Position numbers and translations under genes: made by a program. The notes under the pieces are model-generated. The model was not told the DNA's origin, made no database searches, and saw nothing but the letters and a program-made list of their open reading frames with translations. From Squalus acanthias (lineage: Eukaryota), in the NCBI GenBank assembly GCA_030390025.1, contig CM059432.1:6944001-7008000 (forward strand): 64,000 nt of DNA, given 5' to 3'. Shown piece after piece: positions 25,471-36,539 of the stretch. Position 1 is the stretch's first letter. Every line of letters begins with the position of its first letter.

Positions 25471-25734
25471 ATCTGATCTGATAAAACATTTCTCATAATG
25501 GTAAATGTAAAATCATCATGAATGTATCTAGAAAATTACACTCACACCAGGCCCGATGTACCTGAGGAACAGTTGGTCAGTACAGTGAACAGGACTGTAT
25601 AGCTCATTATTTTCCAGTCATTAGAGGCAAATCTTCCAGTTACTTTACCCTTATTATGATAAATCTAAAATTCTCTAATCTGTTGCAGTACTTGGTTATA
25701 TCAAAAACCGTTGTAGGATAAAAGGTTACTTCGT

Positions 25735-26530
25735 AGTATCATAGAATGATACAGCACAGAAGGAAGCCATTCTGCCCAACATACCTGTGCCGGCTCTTTG
25801 GTCGAGCTATCCAATTAGTTCCACTCCCCTGCTCTTCCCCCAGAGCTGTGCAAAATTTTCCCTTCAATTATTTATCCGATTCCCTTTTTGAAGTTACTAT
25901 TGAATCTGCTTCCACCACCCTTTCAGGCAGTGCATTCCAGACATAACAATTCGCTGCGTAAAATTTCTCCTCATGTCGCCTCCGGTTCTTTTCCAATCAT
26001 CTTAAATTTGTGTCCCCTGGTTACTGACCATTCTGCCACTGGCAACAGAGTAAATAAGGCGAAACTATCTAAACCCTTCATGATTTTGAACACCTCTGTC
26101 AAATCTCCTCTTAACCTATTAGGACAGGTGACCAAAAGCTTCGTCAAAGAGATAGGTTTTAAGGTGCGTCTTAAAAGAGGGTAGAGAGGCGGAGAGGTTT
26201 AGTGAGGGAATTCCAGAATTTAGGGCTCAGGCAGCTGAAGGCGTGGCCGCCAATGGTGGAGCGAAGAAAATCGGGGATGCGTAAGAGGCCAGAATTGGAG
26301 GAGTGCAGCGATCTCAGAGGGTTGTAAAGAAAGAAAGACAGACTTGCATTTATATAGCGCCTTTCACGACCACCGGACGTCTCAAAGCACTTTACAGCCA
26401 ATGAAGTACTTTTGAAGTGGAGTCACTGTTGCAATGTGGGAAATGTAGGGCTGGAGAAGGTTACAGAGATAGGGAGGGGCGAGGCCATGGAGGAATTTGA
26501 ATAGGAAGATGAGAATTTTAAAATCAAGGA
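25735..26530 (-). mobile_element. CR1 3' fragment (25735-26115) abutting an L2 fragment (26120-26530) that contains a DeuSINE tail (~26330-26447)
   Basis: Tails recognised from other copies in the window. Confidence 0.75.
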
Positions 26531-27549
26531 CTGGAAATCACTAACCAGTGTCCGTGTAAGTACTTGGCCATTCGGTGAGACTGCCTTTCGGCATGGTTGG
26601 GATGATGCCCACCCCTTCCCTATTCACAGTCAATGAGCCACAGACAAGCTCTGTCCAGGCTCACATGAAGAATGAATACTTGCCTGAGGTACCAGAGGAC
26701 TGTCTGTGCCCATGGAATAGTACGTAGGATGTTGAAAAGGGAAACTTATAAACCACTATAAGAATGTAAAAGCTATAATACCCTATGAGCATGCTATTCA
26801 GCTCTTGCTTGTTACTTTAAATGGTGAGATTTTCACATGGCTGACGTAGGGTTCCGAGAGTCGGCATCGGGCATAGCTAGACCTTAAGTTAATTGCACCC
26901 ATGGTTTTTGGTATAGCCAGCATTGGAAACAGTAGCAGTGAAAAGATGGCTTCCAGATGCCTGACTGACTTGTGTTCCCTCAACTTCCTCCCAGCCTGGA
27001 GTGCAATCAGTGGTTGGAAAGTTGAGGGGTGTGGCGGGGGTGGGGGGGAAAAGTAGTTTGCAGCAATAAATCTACAGGAGCTTGCACATGCAATTAATTG
27101 TTTTTAATCATCCCTTAAAATTCCACACATTAAGAGGCACAAACTGGGGTGTAGCAGCAGTAGGGTGTTGGCTTTTCATCTGGATGACAGTTCTGATTTT
27201 TTTTTGGTTACTCCTTCTAACCTTTTGTACTATAATCGGTGCGGTTTTGCCAGCAGAAAGATAAAAGCAAATGTGCAAAGCTGCTGTACTATAAATTGGT
27301 TGTAAACCTACTCGGAGCATCTGCTGAGCTACTTTTACAGTTTATTTTTTGTGAATCTTCATAGCAAGTTATTCATGGTTTCTTCACATCCACCTAACCT
27401 TTCCACTTCTGCTGCTGAGAAGAGGGATACGTAACCTGCTCACAGATTATCATTAGTGCTCCCTGAAGTAGCTGCCCAAGTCCTCCTTTTTTTCCCCCTC
27501 CCCCTTCCAAAATAGGAGATGCTGCCACCTCTGCTTGACATTTATATAT

Positions 27550-28150
27550 TAGTCATACAAACATATGAAATGGGGCAAGAAAAGACCTGCTGGTCCATCA
27601 ATCCTGGCCTATCCTACACGTTGCAACCTGCACACACTATCAAACCTATCCCGTCCACCTACCCTCTACACAGTCACGTAATCTCCTGGCAGGGAGAGGG
27701 GGAAAAAAAGGTTTAAAAAAACACTCCGGCCAATTTCGGAAAAACTCTGGGAAATTTCTCTCGGACCTCCACAAGTGATCCAGTAAGCTCCAGAAAACTA
27801 TTGTGACCAGTACCATTATTCCCCATTAACCCACCCACCATCTTTAATTCAAAATGTCTTCCGCTTGCAGGAATCCACCTATCTCCCTTTTGAATACTCG
27901 CAGCGAATCCACACTCGCCTCTCGTACTGGCGACTTATTCCAGAGGTCGTCAACTCTCTGTGGAAAAGAACTTTCTGATTATGTAACCTAACTACATGCT
28001 TTTGTAACTTGTACTGGTGTCCCCTAATTCTCCCCTCTCTATCTAGCGCAAGTAACAGAATCCAATCCCTTCATAATTTTAAAGACCTCGATCACATCTC
28101 CTTGAAGTCTGCGCTTTTCTAACATGAAAAGCCCCAGCTCTCGCAGCTGT
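27550..28150 (-). mobile_element. Old CR1-type 3' fragment
   Basis: LRELGLFMLEKRRLQGDVIEVFKIMKG on the minus strand. Confidence 0.7.
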
Positions 28151-28312
28151 CCTGATTTTTGTCGGCTTACGCTACTGTGATGCACCTTGAGACAGTTTTC
28201 ATTTAAAGGTGATCTATAAATAAAATTACAATAGCAAAATACTGCGGATGCTGGAAATCTGAAACAACAACAGAAAATGCTGGAAACACTCAGCAGGTCA
28301 GGCAGCATCTGT

Positions 28313-28637
28313 CAGGCGGGCAACATGGTGGCATAGTGGTTAGCACTGTTGCCTCACAGCGCCAGGGACCCGGGTTCGAATCTGGCCACGGGTTCGAATC
28401 CGGCCACGGGTGACTGTCTGTGTGGAGTTTGCACATTCTCCCCGTGTCTGCGTGGGTTTCCTCCGGGTGCTCCGGTTTCCTCCCACAGTCCAAAGATGTG
28501 CGGGTTAGGTTGATTTGGCTATGATAAATTGACCCTTAGTGTTAGGGGGATTAAATACGTGGGGATAGGGTGGGATATGTGTCGGTGCAGGCTCGATGGG
28601 CCGAAATGGCCTCTATCTGCACTGTGGGGATTCTGTG
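28313..28637 (+). mobile_element. HE1-type V-SINE with 6-bp TSD ATCTGT
   Basis: A-box tggcatagtgg, duplicated B-box ggttcgaatc, V-domain gtgtggagtttgcacattctccccgtgtctgcgtgggtttcctccgggtgctccggtttcctcccaca, and CR1-like tail gggccgaaatggcct. Confidence 0.9.
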
Positions 28638-28664
28638 ATCTGTGGAGAGAGAAACAGAGTCAAT

Positions 28665-29488
28665 GGGCTGGATTTTGTCAATGGGGACATGATGGAGGCG
28701 GGACTCCCACTTTTTGGGTTGTAGTCCCGCCTCCATCGACTTGTGGCCAACCCACTGTATTTTCCCTTGATTGACCTTGTTAAGCCCGCCCAGCGGGCTT
28801 AGCAGGCCAATCAAGGGTCCCTTGGATACAGGTAACGTCAGCCATTGAAATTTCATCTGTCAAGAGCTTTTGACAGATGAAATTTCAGCGTTTGACAGCT
28901 CTGTGAAGCTGTCAAACACTGACAATATGATTTCTAACATGAGTCCCTGTACTTAGACTCAGTTAGAAATCAATCCAGCACAGAAAGCAGAGACTGCAGC
29001 TTTTGACAGCTCCGCGGCCATTCTGCTTTCTGTGCCGTGGATGTGAGGGACTCCCGACACCTTAGCCTGCAAGACAAAGTTAAGGTAAGTACAAGTTCTT
29101 AAAACGCTTTACACACACCAAACACACTTACCTCTGCACTCATGCACCCATCACTCACCTGCACACCGGACATCTCGACCCCTCCAAGCCCTCCAGATCG
29201 ACGGTCCGCCTCGCTAAATCGGCGTGGTTCGGACCTGTCGGGAAGCCCACACTTCAGGGCCAAAAATAGGGATTAGGCAAAAACCTGCCTGTTAGCGACC
29301 TGTTAACAGGCAGTTTATGGGCACTAATCCCCTTCCCGCCTCGGGGAGGCGGGTCCCAGCACAGGTCGGGTACCCGCCTCCTCGGAAACTGGCATGGAGG
29401 CAGGATGGGTTCGGGACCCCTGAATCTGCTATTTTCCTACCCCACATGCCTCCAAACCCGCCTCCACGGGTCAATAAAAATTCTGCCC
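28665..29488. mobile_element. PIF/Harbinger-type MITE (family A), TSD AAT
   Basis: TIRs GGGCTGGATTTT / AAAATTCTGCCC; AAT at 28662-28664 and 29489-29491; the host sequence rejoins when the element is removed. Confidence 0.88.
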
Positions 29489-29880
29489 AATGTCTCAGGT
29501 CGGCGACCCTTCGTCAGAATTGGAAAAAGTTGGAGAAGTAACAGATATTTAAGCAAGTGTGGGGCAGGGAAAGGGGGGAGGGGAGGAAAGAACAAAAGAA
29601 AGGTCTGTGATAGGCTGGGAGGCAGGAGAGAGTAAAAGACAAACGGGATGATAGTGGGAGGCGAAAGGAGATGGTAATGGGACAAGTTAAGAAACTAAAG
29701 ATGAGTCTAGATGAGGTGTAAATGACAATGGCAGAATCCTCAGCAGCTGCCAAGTGAGAGAGAGAGAAAAACCTCGGCTCCCATGTTTTCTTTTATAGGG
29801 AACAGAGACAAAGTGCTTAACGGTTTTGTCATTGGCTGATAGCAAGTTAGCAAGTTTCATAGCGTCCTTTTGAGGTATGG

Positions 29881-29949
29881 TGTTCAAATACGTGTTTGAT
29901 AATCTGACAATAGTGGCAAAGTTAACTCTCATCAAACTTACTGTGAACA
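29881..29949 (-). ncRNA. MIR599: miR-599-homologous hairpin, shortened or degenerate
   Basis: Minus strand reads UGUUCACAGUAAGUUUGAUGAGAGUUAACUUUGCCACUAUUGUCAGAUUAUCAAACACGUAUUUGAACA. The 3' arm UGUCAGAUUAUCAAAC matches human miR-599 UGUCAGUUUAUCAAAC. It sits ~65 nt 3' of miR-875, in the same order and strand as in human. Confidence 0.7.
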
Positions 29950-30014
29950 TTGTAGCTTGTTCAATACTTGTGTCCGAGACATTCATGATGAGGCATCTTC
30001 TAAGCTGATGAACA

Positions 30015-30096
30015 GTCCAGTGAAGCTGCACCTCGGTATTTACAAGCGTGCTTGAATAAAAACGCTTGACAAGACTGAGGTATAGCGTCACCTAAC
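30015..30096 (-). ncRNA. MIR875: pre-miR-875 orthologue; 5p mature approx. UAUACCUCAGUCUUGUCAAGCG (30084-30063)
   Basis: The minus strand folds as GCUAUACCUCAGUCUUGUCAAGCG-loop-CGCUUGUAAAUACCGAGGUGCAGC. The 5p arm is 18/22 identical to human miR-875-5p (UAUACCUCAGUUUUAUCAGGUG) with an identical seed. It lies antisense in a VPS13B intron. Confidence 0.9.
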
Positions 30097-30919
30097 AGCA
30101 AGTGCAGAGTCTGCATTGTATCGAACTGATGACAAATCAATGTTGAAAATGAATCAGATGCTGTGGATGTTTTTTTCTTTCCATAGCTAATCCAATTAAT
30201 ATATATTTTAACATACTGGGGGAGACTTTCTGTCTAAGTGTTGTCACTTACCTCCTGCAGTGCAGAAAATGTAGCATTAGACAAAGTCTCGGTTAGTGAG
30301 GCTGTTAGTTGTTGTTTTCCAATATGGGTTTAACTGGTGTTGTATTGAAAACAGCAATTGTAGTTCATTATTGAATTGATTGTAACCATGCTTCACTATC
30401 CAAATAGTTGCAGGCTGCGCCCACATGGAAGTATCAATAGCACTGCGAGTAGGACTATGTGGGATGCTTGCCACTACAAATGGAGTTTGTTCCTGCATTC
30501 ACCATTGCTCTGTTTTGTAAGAACAGGATGATTAGTAGGTTCCAACACACACACAGCTATCAGGAAAAGGCCCATGTCGGAGAGAGATAGTCACAGTGTC
30601 CGACCTAGGCCTAATTCGCGAGCCATGTATAATGAGGTTAAGGTCTTCCAGAAAAGTACTCAACAAAATTTGTTGTGATTCAGACGACAAACATAGATAT
30701 GAAAGTCAGAGACTCTTTTTTTTAAAATATGGTCATTCCAATCACTTGAGGGGAGCGGTTCCTTAAGCACCACCGAAAACGCGACATCCACCTGAGACGA
30801 GTGATCCTGAGGAAGATCGCGGGCTCATTCTTATCCATGCATGTGAGGGTAAGCAGTTAGAGAGATGGCAACGCCTATCCCACTGGTGGCTTATTCAGGT
30901 ACTTAACATTTCAAGAATT

Positions 30920-31330
30920 ACATCGAACAAACGACGCAGAAACCCCCTGTTCAGCCGAACCAATCCATGTTGCTGTTAATCCTCCAAACGAGCAATAGTC
31001 CTAATCCCTTGAGCCCACCCTTTTCCTATATCCCTTTACTGCCCTTTCCTTCAGGCACCTCTCTAACCTATCACATCTCCAGCAAATCACCCCGTAATCT
31101 CCTTTGGTCTAATGATAGCAGCTCCAATTTTTCAAGTCTTTCTTGGTATTTGTATTTCTTCATACCAGCCAACATCATAGTGCATCTGTGCTGAACTCTC
31201 TCGCTTCCCTCCATATCCTTCCAATAGTCTTCATCTTAAAACTGCACAGAGTACTCAGGTATTATATAGATTCACCATTACATCTTGACTTTTATCTTCA
31301 ATATCTCTTGCCATAAAACCCAGTATTCAA
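30920..31330 (-). mobile_element. Old, degenerate CR1-type fragment
   Basis: Tail-like agaaaccccctgttcagccgaac and aaaactgcacagagtactcagg (antisense of EYSVQF). Confidence 0.55.
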
Positions 31331-31339
31331 TTTATTTTT

Positions 31340-31850
31340 ATTTCATCCAAAACTCTGCTGCCCGTGTCCTAACTCGCACCAAGTCCCGTTCACCCATCAC
31401 CCCTGTGCTCGCTGTCCTACATTGGCTTCCGGTTAAGCAAGGCCTCGGTTTTAAAATTCTCATCTTTGTTTTCAAATCCCTCCATGGCCTCGCCCCTCCC
31501 TATCTCTCCAGCCCCTCAACCCCGCCCCCCCCCCACGAGATACCTGCGCTCCTCTAATTCTGCCCTCTTGAACATCCCTGATTTTAATCGCTCCAACATG
31601 GACGGCCGTGCCTTCAGCTGCCGAGGCCCTGAACTCTGGAATTCTCTCCCTAAACCTCTCCGCCTCTCTACCTCTCTCTCCTCCTTTAAGATGCTCCTTA
31701 AAACCTCCCTCTTTGACAAAGCTTCTGGTCATCTGCCCTAATTTCTTCTTATGTGACTCGGTGTCAAATTTTGTTTTATAACGTTCCTATGAAGTGCCTT
31801 GGGATGTTTTACTATGTTAAAGGTGCTATATAAATACAAGTTGTTGTCGT
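31340..31850 (+). mobile_element. L2 3' region
   Basis: IQNSAARVLTRTKSRSPITPVLAVLHWLPV...FKIL...LHGLAPPYLS. Confidence 0.9.
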
Positions 31851-31884
31851 TGATTGACTGCACTCACAAGCGGATAAAGACACC

Positions 31885-33620
31885 AGCAACTACAACTTGC
31901 ATTTCTGTAACGCCTTTAATGTAGAAAACTGCCTCCAGACGCTTCACAGAAGCATAATCAGACAAAAATTGGCACTGAGCCTAGGTAGGGTGACTAAAAG
32001 CCTGGTCAAAGAGATCGTAAAGGAGGAGAGAGGTGAAGAGGCGGACAGATTCAGGGAGGGGATATCAGAGCTTCGGGCCCAGACGGCTGAAGAGACATCC
32101 GCCAATATTAGAATGAAGTAAGTAAGAGATGCACAAAAGGCCAAAGTTGGAGGAACACAGCATTCTTAAAGGGTTGTAGGGCTGGGATGAGACTTTTAAA
32201 TTGGAGGTGATGGGGGACTGGAAGCCAGAGTAAGTCATCGAGCTCAGGGATGATGGGTGAGTCTGACTTAATGCAGGTTAATTTGGGTGCAGATAATTTG
32301 GGTGAGCTGAAGTTTATGGAGAATGGGAGACCGGCCAGGAGAGCATTGGCATAGTCAGGTCTGAGGTGTCAAAGACGCAAATGAGGGTTTCGGCAGCGGA
32401 TGGGCCGAGGCAGAGGTGGGTAGGCAGTCTTTGTGATGGAGAGGAATTGGGGTTGGAAACTCATCTCGAGCAAATCGGACGTTGAGGTTGTGAACAGTCG
32501 GTCAACCTGAGACCATTGCGGGGTAAGTGATGGAATCGGTGGCAAGGGTACAGTGTTTGTAGCATAGAGTTATACAGCACAGAAAGAGGCCCTTTGGCCC
32601 ATCATGTCTGCGCCGGCCATCAAGCCCTATCTATTCTAATCCCATTTTCCAGCACTTGGTCCGTAGCCTTGTATGCTATCGCGTTTCAAGTGCTCATCTA
32701 AATGCTTCTTGAATGTTGTGAGGGTTCCTGCCTCTACTATCCTTTCAGGCAGTGAGTTCCAGATTCCAACCACCCTCTGGGTGAAAAAGTTTTTCCTCAA
32801 ATCCCCTCTAAACCTCCTGCCCCTTACCTTGAAACTATGCCCCCTGGTTATTGACCCCTCTACTAAGGGGAAAAGTTCCTTTCTATCTACCCTATCTATG
32901 CCCCTCATAATTTTGTACACCTCAATCAGGTCCCCCCTCAGCCTTCTCTGCTCCAAGGAAAACAACCCCAGCCTGTCCAGTGTCTCTTCATAGCTGAAAC
33001 GCTCCAGCCCAGGTAACATCCTGGTGAATCTCCTCTGCACCCTCTCCAATGCAATCACATCCTTCCTATAGTGTGGCGACCAGAACTGCACACAGTATTC
33101 CAGCTGTGGCCTAACTAGTGTTTTGTACAGCTCCATCATAACCTCCCAGCTCTTATATTTTATGCCTCGGCTAATGAAGGCAAGTATCCCATATGCCTTC
33201 TTAACCACCTTATCCACCTGTCCTGCTGCCTTCAGGGATCTATGTACATGCACACCAAGGTCCCTCTGATCCTCTGTCCTTCCTAGGGTCCTATCATTCA
33301 TTGTGTATTCCCTTGCCTTGTTAGTCCTCCCAAAATGCAGGGAGCAAAGACGATGGTATTGGCCTTCCCCATTTTTAACTGGAAGAAATTGTGGCTGATC
33401 CAGGAGTGGACAAGCAGACTGACAACACAGAAGTTCTGGCGGGGACCAAGAGAGGTGGTGAAGAGGTTGAGCTGGGTGTCCTCAGCCAACATGTGGAACC
33501 TAACGCCGGGCCTTTTGGATGATGTCGCCAAGGGGCAGCATGTAGATAAGGAAGCGGAGGGGGCCAAGCAAAGTTCCTTGGGGGACTCCAGAGGTAACAG
33601 TCCAGGGGACAGGAAGAGAA
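31885..33620 (-). mobile_element. Older L2 (31885-32560 and 33340-33620) interrupted by a CR1 (32563-33335)
   Basis: L2 tail aacttgcatttctgtaacgcc; FHMLAEDTQL (YADDTQL-like) at ~33480; nested CR1 ORF 32636-33301 with RPQLEYCVQFWSP. Confidence 0.85.
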
Positions 33621-35371
33621 GCTAACAGTTAGTCCAACGGTACACATGAACTGCAAAGGCTTCCATTTCCTCCTGATAAGGATATCAAATGCAAGGAAAG
33701 ACACTTTCTGAATTCATTGACAGATAGCCCACCTGCAGAGTCTCGAGGCTAAGTAATCGGACCACACCCTTTGCTGACTCTTGTGCTACCGCTCTACTAC
33801 AAATACCAGTTCCACCTCAGTACCTGCCTTGTCAATAGCGTGAACTGGCAGCACTTACTCTAGAAAATTAAGACGTGTACTTAAAACACATGTACAGATG
33901 TCTGCTCACCAATCGTAAATTGCTGCTTCAGTGATACATTTTACAAACACGGACTAATAGTTGATCACTTTTTGAAATGTAAAAATGTTATGCTCACATA
34001 ATCTTACGGATTTTTTTTTTTAGAAAATAACTTCCAATTTCTCCCTTTTTTTTTACTCCTTCTCTAAATGTGCTGACTCTTGCTTTGGCTTCGTGTGTGC
34101 CAGCAGCTTGCTCATTTTGCTGTCACGTCTTGCGTTGGCAAGCTCGTTCACCATGGGCGACACAGTACAGGCGAGCGGAGTTGCCACTCTTGCGCGCTAT
34201 CCGCCCACAATTGTTCTCTACCAGGGGGTCACTGGTGTGCTGTTAAGAAAGACGATGTTGGTTGAATATTTTCCTCCCTAGCCAAGGCACTGATACCAGT
34301 TACAGTGCCTCAAGCTGCTGCACAGCTTAAATTAACTAACCCCTGTTGATTTTTTTTTTTGCCTAATGATCCTTTAGCTCTATTTTTTTCCAAACCTATT
34401 TCTAAAAATAAATGTAGTCTAATTATGTATAACCACAAAAGACAAATAGCATCGCCACATCTTGCCTTTGTACATTATAAGCTGGGCAAAACTGTATCTG
34501 AAAATCTGCTGTGCGTTAGATTAAATAGAAAAATATCGTGGAGAGAATGCCACTGAAATTTCAACATAATTTTTAAAAAAAATACCTGATATACACAAGA
34601 GAGAAACGGAAAAAAAAATAAGTGATGGCAGCTGTCTTCGGTGCTTTGTAACTTCGAGTCAGCCGCAGAACTTGTGTAGCAGTTTTTTTGCACCAGAAAT
34701 AATGAAGTCCTCTTTTCAAGAGATGACTACTTCTGCGGATCGACTGGTCACCTTGCAGATTATGTATATAGCATTTCCTACTTGTATGACTGAAGGAAGG
34801 AAATACAAGCGACAAAATGTCAGACGTGTAATATGCCGCAATGTTTTAAAAAAAAAAATAACAATTTCCGAATTTCTGATTTAAGACTGGTTGTTTGATT
34901 TTTTTTTAATTAACAAATGTGAACCCGACAGCTGTAAAATGTTATTGATGCCAGAAATTAAAAAAAATCATTATGGAAGACCTATCTGTACCTCCTAGTC
35001 TCACATTTCTTTCATTTTTTATTTGAACTCTGATCTTGTTTGCAGTTTCAAATGCTTTGCGGTAAAATTACAGCGTAGGTAATATTTTGCAGATGTAACA
35101 ATAGCCGTAATGTGAACTGTATTCATTTACTGAAACTGAGCTGGGAATCTGCTACTGGCTGCTGGAGGAAGGATGTGGTTTTTGCGAGTGTCGGGTTAAG
35201 CCCTGTCTGTTAAGCAATTTTTGAACTGCAAAAATCATTTTGAAGAAATAGTGGGTATTTTTAACCGTGGGGGCGGGGGGGGTTGTCAACTGTGAAGAGA
35301 CTACAAGGAAGTATCGGAAGAAAATCTGATCAAGATATAGTTATAATGCAGGGATTTATGTACAATATACA

Positions 35372-36018
35372 GTGTCAGCCGTGGCTCAGTGGGCAGCACC
35401 CTCACCTCTGAGTCAGAAGGTTGTGGGTTTAAGTCCCACTCCAGAGACTTGAGCACAGAAATCTAGGCTGACACTCCCACTGTAGTGCTGAGGGAGTGCT
35501 GCACTGTCGGAGATGTCGTCTTTCGGATGAGACGTTAAAAGAAAGACTTAAAAAGAAAGACTTGCATTTCTATAGCACCTTTCACGACCACCGGACAACT
35601 CGAAGCGCTTTACAGACAATGAAGTACCTTTGGAGTGTAGTCACTGTTGTAATGTAGGTAAACGCGGCAGCCAATTTGCACACAGCAAGATCCCACAAAC
35701 AGCAATGTGATAATGACAAGATAATCTGTTTTTGTGATATTGATTGAGGGATAAATATTGGCCAGGACACCGGGGATAACTCCCCTGCTCCTCTTCGAAA
35801 AAGTGCCATGGGATCTTTTACATCCACCTGAGAGAGCAGACGGGGCCTCGGTTTAATGTCTCATCTGAAAGACGGCACCTCCGACAGTGCAGCACTCCCT
35901 CAGTACTGCACTGGAGTGTCAGCCTAGATTTATGTGCTCAAGTCCCTGGAGTGGGACTTGAACCCACAACCTTCTGACTCAGGCGAGTGTGTTACCAACT
36001 GAAGCCAAGGCTGACACG
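35372..36018. mobile_element. Two DeuSINEs in inverted orientation: + 5' half (35372-35540) and - full copy (35545-36018)
   Basis: Starts gtgtcagccgtggctcag and ends ctgaagccaaggctgacac; a Deu core is present on both strands. Confidence 0.9.
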
Positions 36019-36539
36019 GTTAACTTTTCCACAAACGTTTGGCTTGTAAGTAAAAGTGAGTACAGTAACAATAAGTCAGTCTCGATAAAATAATCCTACT
36101 TCGAATGCCCTGCAGCATGAAGAATTGGTGAGATTGTAATACTTCAGACTGGCTTTCATCTTAAATTAAGCACAATTAGCATGTTTTTGCAAAGGAACAT
36201 TTTTTTTGTGAGTAAGTCATTGAAGTTTCCTGTTTAGCTCCACTTCGAGTTAAATTATTCAGGAAATCTTACAACTGAAATGGCTGTTGTCTTCAAAAAG
36301 TATAGTTGAAATGTCTCAATATTGTGCATTTACAGTGCTTCTCAAAGTAATCCATATCAATATCAGGCATGAAACATAATCCTCTCTCTTCATCATGGTG
36401 ATAAGCATAAAAATGTTAAAAGTAGCACTACTCAACTTGGTTCAGTGGACATCAACGGCATAAAATGCCCATGTTTTTAGCAGTAATTGATTGTTCTCAT
36501 TCAAAGGCAATGACAATGTAGCTGTTACCAATGCAAGGG

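Larger units (their letters stand above)
28230..29765. mobile_element. Penelope-like repeat split by an HE1 SINE and a Harbinger MITE
   Basis: Reconstructed as atgctggaaacactcagcaggtcaggcagcatctgt|ggagagagaaacagagtc-aat-gtctcaggtcggcgacccttcgtcagaa. The minus strand has a decayed hammerhead core, CTGACGA-agggtc-gcc-gacct-GAGA. Confidence 0.7.

Noticed and set aside
29799..29874. Good acceptor (ttttcttttatag) and donor (GAG|gtatgg) around ~76 nt
   Set aside because: Stops in all three frames and no VPS13B similarity; no support without RNA data.
29687..30091. 134-aa minus-strand ORF
   Set aside because: No recognisable protein; it overlaps the miRNA hairpins and a Penelope-like repeat.
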